A stretch of 64,000 nt of DNA, taken from Klebsormidium nitens. Its lineage: Eukaryota; Plantae; Klebsormidiophyceae. The position numbers and the translations under genes are program-made. The notes beneath the pieces are model-generated. The model saw nothing but the letters and a program-made list of their open reading frames with translations. It did no database searches and had not been told where the DNA came from. The stretch spans positions 186,001 through 250,000 of the forward strand of contig DF236981.1 in the NCBI GenBank assembly GCA_000708835.1, written 5' to 3'. Below, in pieces: positions 51,487 to 63,095 of the stretch (its first letter is position 1; every line of letters begins with the position of its first letter).

Positions 51487-54400
51487 ATGGCGTCTCCAAG
51501 GCCTCCGGGCGCGACAGGCCCGATCCCCTCTCCCAACACCAGACCCAAGTCCCCAGGCAAAGGCCCTCTTCCCAGCCCTGGAGCTGCCAGGTCGTCCGCC
51601 GCCGTCCGCTCCCCACCGTCCACCAGCAATGGACGTCCCAATCCTCAGCAGGGGGCAAGGTCCCCAGGCGAAGCAGGGGCAGCTCGGAGCCCCCCTCCGA
51701 CAGCGCGCCGGCAGTCAGGGGGTCCGGGCTCTGCCGCAAACTCCCCCCCGGAATCGCCGGTGAGCACTTCGATCAAGCTGAACCTGGGGGCGAAGAAGGC
51801 TCCTGTTGGGGGAGGGGGGACTGGTGTTATCAACGGGACAAGCAGGAATGCGACGGCCAGAGTGAACACCAGGGCTGAGGGGATCGACTTTACTTTCGCC
51901 GGTAGCTCAACCAGCTCGTATGCTAGTTCCTCAACCAGAGCTTATGCTGAAAGCAGCACAGTTGAGGGTACTACTAGGAGGGTTGTGATGGAGGGCAGCG
52001 AGGGTGGAGCTCGGAAAGTCAGCCCGACCAAGCGGCCAATTGAAGCTGGACAGCTGTCGCCCTCCGGGCAGCCTGGCCCGAACAAGACTACGTTTGTCAC
52101 CCGGCGGCCGCAGCAAGGGGGGCAAGGGCCAGCCCCTGCTGCTCCTGACACTTCTCCCCAAGTTCAAGCACGGGGCTCTGTGTCGCCAACTAGAGTCGGG
52201 ACAAGAGTGACGACGAGCACGACAGAAACCACGACCCGAACTTCGACTTCTCCAACTAGAGTGGTGACCAAGGTGGTCACAAGCACGGAAGCGGGGGTAA
52301 GAGCAGCTGGGACAAAGTCCCCCCCACAAAGCACGACGACAAACATTACCCGCTCTCCTGGGGCAACTCCCCAACTCAACGGTTCAGGGTTTACTGTGCA
52401 ATCGAGCAGGACCGTGGGCCAAAGCGGGCAGACTGGGGCTCAATCCGATGCGGCAAATCTTGCTGCAAAGCGGCGGACGGTCGTCTCGTTTGCCGACCCT
52501 CAGGAAGATGCTTCAGCGGAGGGCATTGATGATGACATCAGCGGAAAGAAGGTGACGTCAGCAAAGGTTTTGCGGGACCGGCGGCCTACCGGGTCCCCGC
52601 GCGGTAATGTCGCAGATGAGCAGGACGGAGAGGAGTACAATGACGTCAGTGTGGCGAGGTCAGCTGAGCGCACCGTAACAAGGTCAGCTGCTGACGTCAG
52701 CGGCGGAGCGGCGAGGCCGAAAGTGCAGCCCGCCGTGTCCCCAGCTGACGTCAGCAACGGTGCAGGGAGGGTGACACCAAAAGCGCAGCAAGCGGCGGCG
52801 CTAAAGCCGGCGGGCAAAAGTCCGGGGACGGAGACAGACGACCAGTTCCAGGCTCGAAAAAACGCGCTGCTGTCAAAGTTCAAGGAACGGGCGGGGTTGC
52901 CGTTTCCGAAGCCAATGGAAGCCGACACCGAAGCTGTGGAGGGCGACTTGGGAGGCCCGGAGCAGGGAGCCGAGGTCGCCAGAAGGCCGACGCCGGTGTC
53001 AAGTGCAATGCCAGCGATCAGTGAGGAGACGCCACGGTCGATGGCTGCGATGGTGACACCGAAGAAAGAGGAACTAGGAGTGGAGGGAGTTGAAGCGCGG
53101 GTGGAGCGGAAGAAGGCGGCGCTGGTGGCAGCTAGCGCGCGGCGGCCAGTAGTGACGAAGGCGGTCGTCAGGGAGGCGCAGATTGAAGCAGCTGAGGAAC
53201 TAGAGGTGAGGGATTCGTAACTGTGGCGGGCATCGTGCTTCTCTGGCTCGATAAGGAGACAGCACACGTAGCTTTCACTTAGACATCTTCAGCGCAACGG
53301 AAAAGCACTCACTGTTGTAATCAGTGGTCAACGTGAGCAGTAAGTAAGGTCGTACCGAAGAGGCTCCTTTGAATAGACTATTCTCTTCACTGTGAATGCA
53401 CCGCTCATCAGAGGGAGTGCTTTTCGGCTGCGTACCAAACTTGTGCTGAGGGTCGAAAGAAAGATGAAAAAGAATGAGGGGAGAATCACAATGCAGCTGC
53501 TTGAACTGCGGAAGTGAGAGTTTCCTGGTAAGGCTTTGAGATATCGGGCGGCGTGTCTGATGAGGGGCTCTCGTCCTTTAATCTCACCAGCTCAGGGCTT
53601 GACGGGCACGTCACGAGCATCGTAGGACTTGCGATAACTTGTATGGAACAGATAGACCTCCTGCATTGTCACCCTTCAGCCTGCGTCTTAAAATTATCAA
53701 AGCGCTCCTCGACCGCGTGAACGGTTCGGGCCTCATAGCATGGCTCCAGGAAACAAGGAGGGCGTATTGTGGTTCAAGCCCCCTACTATGGCACAAAGAC
53801 GGTCAACCCAGATTGCCTTGCTATTCCAAGCCTGAATGCTCCTGACATTTGTTCAAACCCCAGCGGACTTCACGTCATCCTTAAAGATCGGCTCCTGTTG
53901 CATCTATTTCTCAGCATTCCCACTAAGAGAACAACCTTTTTTCCTTATGTAGGAGGAACCGGCTGACAGATATGAGACGATTAAGGCTCCTGCGAAGACT
54001 GCAGTCCCAATCATTGAGGAGCGAGTTGTTCGGGCAAGCCCGCTCAAGTCGGCTCTGAAGCACACGCAAGCGCTTTCCTCTGACGGAGAAGTGGAGTGAG
54101 TCGAGAAGAGTTTGGAAAGTTTGACAGTTTGCTGTTCTTGTCGACAGAAAATGTGGCTGGATAAAAGCGCGCGAGATCGATGAGCATCTCTTGTCTCTGA
54201 TTGCATTGCTCACGAAGTCCCCTTTCCAAAAATACACACTTTGACCGTTAGTCCTCACTGATACGTACTGACAGAGTCTTGCTTTCGGTGTTTTCAGGGG
54301 GTTTCAAAGCCAGGCACCAGACGAGTACGAGGTTCATCAAGAAGGTAAGCGGAAGCTTTCCTTCTTGCGATGTCCGTGGTTACAGTGTTGTCTAATGACT

Positions 54401-57400
54401 TTCGCAGGTTCATAAGTATAGAAATCTAGGAGCAGGAACGTGAAACCCCTTTACAATGCTTTCCAATGTATGCTGTGCTCACATTTGGTTTCGAGACCTG
54501 AAAGGACCCTGTTGATAGTATTAGTGTCGTCATCCATAGCGAGGTCTATCTGAGGTCCTGCACTCGATCCTTGTTGCAGGCGTGATCGTGTGTTTTATTT
54601 TTACTACAAAGGCCTTTCAAAGAGCAAGCCAATCTGGATTGAGTGTTTTCCAAGCGGAAAATCTTGAATCCAAGCGGAAAATCTTGAACACAGCGGAACG
54701 GAGCGCCCACAGACAAATCACGAACTTCTCCGTCTTTGTGCAGCCAAAACGGTGCCACGTGGCAGCATCGAGGCGACCCGGCGGGCCGCCGCGCCGGCTC
54801 AACAAGCTGAGGAATCAGAACCGGCCCTCGACGACGAGGAGACTCCTGTGCAGAAGAGACCCGTTTCTAAAGCGGTCACTTCCGCCGCCGACAAATCCAA
54901 GTACAACCGTCTCAAGACCGTGCTCAAAGTCGAAGAAAGGGATCTTCACTTCAACCGGAGCGGAACGTTGGCAGCGGAAAAGTTCGAGTGGCTGGAGGTC
55001 AAGCGGAAGGCGGAAGAGGAGGAAGAACTAGAGGCGGGAGAAGCGGAGGAAGAACTCGAGGCGAGAGACGACGTGGAAGAACTAGAGGCGCGGGCGACGA
55101 AAGCGGTGGCGAGGAGTTCCAAGGGCAAGAGCGGGCGCTTCGTGTTTGACAACGAGGACGGCGACGAAGACGGAGACGAACTTTCCGGGGGGCTGGATTC
55201 CGGGGCTGCGGATTCCCCTGAAAAGGGTGAAACAAAAGGGGGCCCAGGCGTGCTGCGCCAATTGAAGGGGGTGCTTCGCACCGGCGCGCGCGCGATGGAG
55301 GTGCGCGAGCCCAGCGAGTGGGGGGATGATGACGACATGCACCTGCGCGACATGACGTCAGCGAGGGACATGGAGAGCGGGGCGGAGCCCGTCTCTGCGC
55401 GGGCTCCCGTTGAGCGAACCGGGCCTTTTGATGGGGAGGAAGCTCTAGACTCCCCCGTGGCGCGAAATGCCCGCCTGGGAACCCTAAAGGTCCGCACCGC
55501 CGCCGCGTTGGGCGCGGACCGCGGGGCCGGGCGAGCGAGTGACGTGAAGAAGACGCAGAATGTGACGTCAGAGAAGCAGGCCGAGAAAGAAGCGGTGAGA
55601 AGTGCTCCTCGGTCCGACAGTCCGTGTCGTAAGCAAACGCTGTTTTAACGTGCTTCGATTCTTTGCGTTTATCACTAAGATTACGTTAATGAAGAGGGCG
55701 GCTTCTTTAGACGATCGTATGCTGTCAAGCTCCTTCTTTCGCACATGCGAGTCGTTATTTTAACAGACAGTCGCCGATTTTCTGGGCAAAATGCTTCAGT
55801 CACGTTGCCGCAAAAACTTGGCGACTCCGACATTTTACAGGCCCCCCTTCAGGGGTCAAAAGAAGAGCCGTCCACCAAGCGCCTTTCGGAAGCTGCCGGG
55901 GGCAAACCGGGGGGTAAATTCTCAGCCGAGGATTCCGGCTCACGGGCGCTTCGGCCAAGCGACCCGGGGCAATCTACAGAGGAGGAAGAAGAGCAGCCTC
56001 TAACTGGAAAAGAAATGGTCCTCGCCGCGCGCGAGTACACAGGGACCGAGCTCGTGATTCATCCGGCCGCGGGAGACCTAGACGTTTCTCCCAGAGGGGC
56101 AGAAGGTACCGACGCGGAAAAACCGGTAGCGGGGTCGAAGTCCGTGGGGAAAAGCCGGTTTGCGGCTAAACCGGCTGAGATAACCGTGGCCGCCGCGGCT
56201 AACCAGGCGTACTCTGCGCCCGGGCAGAGGGGGACGGCCGCCGACGCCCAAGACGGTCAGGAAGGGTTTGCGGAGGGGGTTAAGGACGGGTTACCGAGAC
56301 CCGCCGGCGCGGCCGCGAGCGCGCGCCGGCCGCGCACCTTCGCGGCGATGGGCAGCCTTAAGGACCGCGAGGGAAGGTTAAAGGGTATGGAGAGCATCGG
56401 CGTTTCGCGCCGGGGGGCGCAGGGAGAGTGGGCGCCCGGGTCGCCGCGGACCCCCCTCTCCGAGCAGAACGTGCGGATCGAGTTTCTGAGGAATGAGTCA
56501 CGGCCGCTCAGCCCCAAGCTCAAGATGTGGAGCGATATAAAGGAGCGAGTGTCAAGTATGCTCATGTTCAAGTCGACGAAGCAAAAACCAGTGGACGAGT
56601 CCAAGAGTGAGTGCGGCTTTTTGAGTTTCCGTCTTTCTGTCTAGGATGATGTTGCATCTCTGTCTTCTTTCGGCGTCTCACGCTCGGTCGGAAGTTGCAA
56701 TTTGACCCATTCACAGTTACTTTGAAAGCGTCTGTGTTCTCGGACGGAAGTTTGCAGCTGTAACTTACGCCCCAAACCCGTCGTTTTTCCTTGCCCAAAG
56801 TCGCAGAGCAGTTTCTGTCATATTTGGACTCGGGTAGAACGCTTTACAGAGGCCGACGTGACCCAAGTATTACAATCATTGGTATCCAATGAACTTCAGG
56901 ATCCCTGGTGTCAGCTTTCTACTCAGGCCACGAGCATCTCAGCTTTGACACTTTTGCCCCGCAGAGCGGATCCTGGTGATCGGCGCCGAGTGCAGCGCGG
57001 GCGAGAGCACCTTACGTCATCTTCTGATACGCGGTGTGAATAGGTTCGCGGTCAGCTTCGCGGTGCCGTGCCTGGAGAGCCTGCAGCGCAGCATGACCGT
57101 CGATCTCGCGAGCTACCACAAAAAGTACTACGCGCAGCTGCAGGCCGCGGGCGCGGACCGCGTCGAGGTGCGCGCGCGCGGGGTTTTGTTTGCAAAGGTT
57201 TTCTATGACTAGTGGATTTGGGCGACTGATTTTTGGAAGCGTTGGCATGGATCTCGGCTTGGGCTGTCGCTCAGACATGCTTCCATTTGCTTTCTAGATA
57301 GAGATCCGAATGTTGGTAAGTAGCAAAGGGTTCATATACATGATGGATTTGGACGACTTGTTGCTTTGACGCGTTGGCATGAGAAGCGAATATGGGCTGT

Positions 57401-60400
57401 CGCTCAGACATACTTCCATTTGCTTCCTAATAGAGATCCGAAGGTTGGTAAGCAGCAAAGGGTGTACGTAACTACTGGTTTGTGACGACTTGTTGTTTTG
57501 ACGCGTTGGCAAAAAGATCGACTTCGGGTTGTCGCTTGGACATGCTTCCGTTTACTCCCTTAATGAAGCTCTGAACGAATCAAACAGCCCTTCTCGTATG
57601 GACCCAAAGGTGCCGCTATTGCCAGATTGAAGTGTTGGGCCACACTGAATAAGCTTCTGAAGTAAGCGACTGAAGTCTTAATATTCAGAATGAAAGCAGT
57701 CATTCCCGAGGTTGATGACTGGAGTGTTAAACTCAAGATCAAAGCAGTCCTTCACGAGATTGATGCGCAAGGGCGGCCACTGTCCTTACACAAACAGGCG
57801 TCCGATTCTCAGACTTCCCAGACTTTCGCCTGCAGCCAGCGACTCACTTTTTCTTCCTCCAGGTAAACATGCTGGACGAGCGGTCTCTTCTTGCGCGGCG
57901 TTTGGGGCGTGGTTTACGCGGAACAGTGGACCTTGTGGGAGGACGAAAGATCTCCGTCGACCTAACTTCCCCAGTATCTTCTTCACTAATGGGACTTAAT
58001 ACTCCCTTGTTTTCCGGTAAATGTTGTCATCCCCGCTGATGAAAGTTACTGACTCCCTCTTCTCAGGTCAACATGCTGGACGAGCGCTCCCTTCTGAGTG
58101 CGATGCGCGGGGTTTGGGGCGTGGTTTACGCGGAGCAGTGGAACCTGTACGACCCCGAAGAGGAGATCCTGCGTGGCAAGATGGTCGCCAACGCCGCATT
58201 CAAGGCCGGCGTGCACCACGTGGTCTACAGCAGCGCCGAGAGCGTGCGGTGAGCGCGCGCGCGCGGCATCTTTTCCTTCAATCACATGATGGTGTATTTA
58301 CAAGCAATCCGGTTAGGCAGTAAGCCAACGAGTTCGTTCATTGTCATCTTATGTTGCTCCAACGATGTCCTGGCCGCATTTAAGCAGCACTTCAAGTTTG
58401 AGTACTGACCAGCATGGAAAACATCCCGAACGTTTAGAGGTCTGTATTCTACAATTCAAATCCGAAGGTCTCTGATTTCCGTGCTTGATATATGTACTTC
58501 CATCGTAAGCGCACACAGCAGTGCTCAGAGCGTGCGCAGAACAAAACATATAGGGTTGGAGGGATGCTTCTGTCAACGCTTTGAAGCCTGAAGCTCCAAG
58601 AAGCTGGATTCGTGCTTCCTCGAAAGTGGTTCAGAACCATTTGGATGCTCCTTGACTTCAAGCGAAACCAGGCAGACATAAAACGACGGAGCCAAAGCAT
58701 TGTACCAAAGTTCGATATTGTCAGAACCTGATCCTCCTTTCGCCTCTCAGATTCAATAAGTGTTAGAGAGAGCGGTAATTGAAGATACTGGTACTCTTTA
58801 GCACGTAATTTCAGGTCTGCCGGACTCCCGAGGCGTTTCATATCTACTTACCCGACATCGAAAGTGACGCTGCCGCGGTACTAAATTTGAAACTCCGGCA
58901 GGGACTTGCAACTGGCGGGCTTGTCGCGGCTGGAGCGCGACCCGCAGTGGGTTGTGCCGCACTTCGACAGCAAGGGCGACATCGAAGCGTACATGGTCGC
59001 CATCGGGCTGCCGGCGACGTACCTGCGGTAAGAGGGTGGAAACGGTCGCCTTTGCTGGAAAAATACATTCTCATCTTTGATGCGAGATGAGAAGTTCGTT
59101 GGTGAGGTTCTATTGAGACCCGGTATCGGAGAAGAACCACGTTTCACCTAGCTGTGTCGCATTCGAGAAGGAGATCGAGGGGATATCAGTCTTCTCAAGG
59201 CGAGACTTTCTACAAATTTTGCTTCCTCGCAAGAGTCTTTTTTTTCAGCGAAGACCCTCTCTCCGAAGGAGATTGGAGCGCAGAGCCACCCCCCGAAGGG
59301 GGTTGGAGCCCAGCAAAAAACCTTTGTGTTCAGCAATTTGTTAGCAGCAGGTATCAAAAGTCCCTTAATCCAGCACTTTTCAGAATGTGAAGAGGGGGGC
59401 AGGGCATATACAGATCCTAAAACGGGAGCCCTGATGTGCGGGACTTAGGAGTTCCGCTCAGCGTTGTGAAATCTCGTCCTACAATGAGGCGTCATAGTCT
59501 CCTACGCGTCCTGTCTTTGTCGAGATGACACCCCTTCCCACCTTTGCCAACAGTTAGCAATCCAGTAGTAGCCACATCAAGCAGTCACCTTTTAGCAACC
59601 CACCGGGACCCCACATGTCTCGCTTGACCTGCCACCACAAAACCTGACTTCTAATGCCGCCGCGCGCGCGCAGAGTCGCGCCTCACTACCACGAGCTGCT
59701 CGACTTCTGCCTCTTCCGGACCGTCGGATTGGGCACGCTCGACGTCTGCCTTCCGATGGGCTCCACTCCGTTCCCGTCCATCTCGGCTGCTGACGTCGGC
59801 GGTTGCGTCATGAAGATCTTTGAGGAGCCCGGCCAGTACAGCGGACTGTGCATCGACCTGGTTGGGTCTTACATACCGATGTCGGACTACTGCAAGGTGG
59901 GTTAAGCGGTGACCCGATTTGCGAGCGGTGACCCAATGTTCTAAGCCAATCAGACATACGTACGTCGATCTGCTGCAAGGTGGGTCATATATGAATCGAC
60001 ACAGAGTGACCGGAGTGATCGACACATTGGCAGGGATTCATATGCTTGATTTCTTGTGAGACACGGACAGCTTTTCTAGTAGCGCTTCGTTCAAATCCAA
60101 GCCCAGCTTCTTGGGCACGAAGAGGACCCGATCGTCCAGAAAGTTTCATTTTTGGCACTGCAAGTTTAGCTCTGACATCTTCCCCGGTCTTTCTGAAGCT
60201 CATCCGAGCAAGATTTGTTTGCTTAGTCGCTCAAAAAAGACAGTCAAGTCCTCAGATCCACGAAGCTGGCAAGGATCCTCCTGAAAAATCAGAGCAATTG
60301 TAATTCTCCATTAAACTTTTCAGCCGTCTTCTTTCTCCTTTCTTCGGCCGTTGTCGTTCTCTGTTGGTAATTTTAGTCTGGATCAAAACAAGCCAGGTTC

Positions 60401-61887
60401 ATTACATCATTGAGAGTCCTGAATCCGATTTCAAATCTAGACCTCATGAATTCAATTCGAACGTCCGTCCTCGGTTGCTCCTTTCCGGCCAGATCTTGTC
60501 GGAGCACCTGGGCAAGACGGTCGCCTACCGGTCGGTCACCCCGGAGTGGTACAAGGAGAACGCGGGATACGGCCACGCGGCGTCGCTCGCGAACATGTAC
60601 TCCTTCCTGCGCGAGTACCCTGAGTAGTAAGTGCCGTCACTTAGTCTTAAATGGCGAAAGGATCATCAGATCGAAGCACAACTTCTGGGCTGATTAGATC
60701 GGATGCCACGTCGGCTTCGGACGCCTTTTCATCTCAAAGGAACCTGTGTTTTAATCCGACTTCTAATAGCCTTAAAAGATTCAAAAAAGAATCTGATTCG
60801 AAGACATCTGGGAAGAGTCATGCACGCACGGCTATGTTCATCAGACTTTCAAAGCTTAATTGTGCATCTAATTGTCGACTGAAGCTTTGTAAAGATCAGG
60901 AGCCTTCTCGACAACCATCTCGCTTGAATGATTCTGCTGTGCACCCCTACTCCATCTCCAACGTCACTCATGAACAGCTCTCAAATGCATCATGGTCGTT
61001 CAGTACTGAAGGATCACATCGAGGATCAACTAGTAAACGAGAATGCAATCAGCTTCTTCTGATGTGGTTCCATTAGGGGCCCGTGCTGCTATGCTTTTCG
61101 CCTTTCGTCCGATCTCGTTTTTGCGATCACCAGATTCCTGAACGCTCGTGCTTGCTTTCTTCCGCACCGCAGTTCCATGAGCCACGTGGAAGAGGCGCAG
61201 GCGCTGTACCCGGAGCTGCAGACCTTCGAGGAGTGGATGAACGGAACGACGGACGTTCCGTCGGAGAACGCGGCGGAACGCGGCGGAGCGCAGCTCACGC
61301 TGGACATCGTGCGCGACGACGGGCTGCTGGCCGGGAGCCACGCCGGAAAGAAGGCGGCGTTCGCGGAACTGCTGGAGCTTTCCGACCGGAACCAGCGGAG
61401 AACGGCGAGTCGGCGGTGGAAAAATATCAAGGCGAGCGTTCAAACGATGCCGCTCATGGGCGGCCGCGCTCCGGCGCCTCCCAAGGCGCTGCCCACCAAA
61501 TGGAAGAGCCCGGTTCCGGCCGGAAAGGCAGCGGAAAGGGCGGCGGAAAAGACGGCGGACGAAGACGACGGCGCGAAGCAGCTTTCCGTCGAGGTTCAAA
61601 AGCGGAACGGGGCCGGAACGGAACGGATCGGCCGGCCCGCCGCGGCGGAGCGGCCCGCACTGACGGCGGGAAGCGCCAAGCCTGAAATTCCGGGATCAAG
61701 GGACCGGCGGTCCGTACCGGAGCTGATGGACAAGCCCGGGTTGCCCGCGTTGAGGGACCGGCCAGCTGTCCCGGCGGTTCCCGAGCTGATGGATAAGCCG
61801 GGGTTGCCCGCTTTGATGAACCGGGCGGGGCCGCGGGAAGCGCCCGCTTTGGGCGGGAGGCTCGCGTTGGCGACAGGATCGGTGTGA
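51487..61887 (+). CDS. Very large (~1700 aa) protein: Pro/Ser/Thr/Gly-rich disordered N-terminal ~1200 aa, NmrA-like (atypical SDR) domain, disordered tail
   Basis: Phase-consistent chain 51487-53205, ~53987-54096, 54298-54346, ~54743-55628, 55767-56606, ~56964-57168, 58067-58248, ~58901-59027, ~59675-59896, ~60493-60627, ~61173-61887. NmrA hallmarks: RILVIGA, AAFKAGVHHVVYSS, VPHFDSKGDIEAYM, LSEHLGKTVAY, LANMYSFL, LQTFEEW. Confidence 0.8.
57215..57560. repeat. Intronic tandem repeat, ~131-bp unit, about 2.6 copies
   Basis: GCGTTGGCA...GGGCTGTCGCTCAGACATGCTTCCATTTGCTT...TAGAGATCCGAA.GTTGGTAAG.AGCAAAGGG recurs from ~57221, ~57351 and ~57483. Confidence 0.85.
57863..57955 (+). pseudogene. Pseudo-exon: frameshifted partial copy of the NmrA-domain exon at 58067
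   Basis: CCAG|GTAAACATGCTGGACGAGCG...GTTTGGGGCGTGGTTTACGCGGAACAGTGGACC versus real CTCAG|GTCAACATGCTGGACGAGCG...; an ~8-nt deletion shifts the frame. Confidence 0.85.
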
Positions 61888-62347
61888 AGTTGTCGCCTCG
61901 TTCTCGCGAAGCGCGCGTTGAATAGCTTTTCGTGCAAGCAGGATGATTTGAAATTAGGACCACTTGTTTTGAATTAACTTGTTTTAGGTATGCGTAAAAC
62001 CCAGTTCAAATTCGACGTTCTTGTGAGTGAAGCGTTGCTAGTTCTACCAGGCCCTGCTGCTTGGCAAGATCTAAAATTTTCAATCACGAAACAAGCCGCC
62101 AGGGCATGCGTCAGCAGTTTGCGAAAAGCGGTGCTGATATTGGTGCTGGCATTCTTTGGCGTTTGAAGATTCGACTTACTTACGAACCTGTACATTGTTT
62201 TTCCAAAATTTCGAACTTAAGAGTGCAAATGCAGCAGACTGTAAACCCGGTTGATCTGTGACTCATAATTGTCACTGCGCCAATTGAACAGAATATGTGT
62301 ATACGCAGATACATGCAGATTGAAGTGAGTCGACGCGGCTATGTGTA

Positions 62348-62590
62348 GCTAGAATTGTTCTATAATTCTAGCAGCTTATATACCGAAGATCGAAGCTTCT
62401 AAAGTCTCCCTTATCCAACGTTTCAATCCATACATTGCCAGTGGCGTAGGACAAGGATGCGCGCCCCGTCGAAAGTTCATTATACACCCATGTTTATGCA
62501 CACATGATCATGTGTGCTTGAACACATGATCATGTGTGCTTGAACACATGAACACATGCCAGAATGCGGACTCGAGTTCGCATTCTTCTC
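62348..62590. repeat. Cluster of palindromes, hairpins and a 22-bp tandem repeat
   Basis: GCTAGAATT...AATTCTAGC (62348-62372); perfect 20-bp palindrome GCACACATGATCATGTGTGC (62498-62517), tandemly repeated; 26-bp quasi-palindrome at 62561-62586. Confidence 0.8.
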
Positions 62591-63095
62591 TAGCTTACAA
62601 TATGCAAGCACAATCAAAACACATCACTATAGATGCGAATTAACCCGGGATCCTTATAGCAATCACGCGCGATCAATGCATATCAATCTCTAGCCATGCA
62701 TGCAGTTAACCGTATATATACTAGTTATATTAATTCGCTTGAGCGCGAAGCCTTCATATCTCATGCATCAGAACTACGTATCTCATTGCATCGATAGATA
62801 TATAAGTCAGTGATTTTGATCCTGGGATGTGCGAGGCCTCGCGGCACGCGTATTGAGATTGGTACGCGTGGTTCATTCCTCGAGAATTATCCTCTCCAAC
62901 ATGCGGATTATTATCTGCAAAGATTCTTGTGCTGACGCGTTACTCTTACTTCTAAGGTGCTGAGAGTATAACAAAAAGTTTTAAGCGCCACGTATCTTCA
63001 CACATTCCAGCGGTCCAAACAAATCCTGACTATAGCCCGACGAGTAGCAACATGCCATTTAACAAACACTTGAGTCCATTTAGGAGTACTTCGGC

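Noticed and set aside
54648-54695. 20-bp tandem duplication CCAAGCGGAAAATCTTGAA in an intron
   Set aside because: A simple two-copy slippage event with no further structure.
51335-56604. Long minus-strand ORFs (e.g. 52500-53267, 255 aa; 54946-55497; 56257-56604)
   Set aside because: Antisense shadows of GC-rich, low-complexity plus-strand exons; no independent splice or homology support.
62498-62560. CRISPR-like repeat
   Set aside because: The repeats are directly adjacent with no unique spacers, there are only about two copies, the context is eukaryotic, and no cas genes are present.
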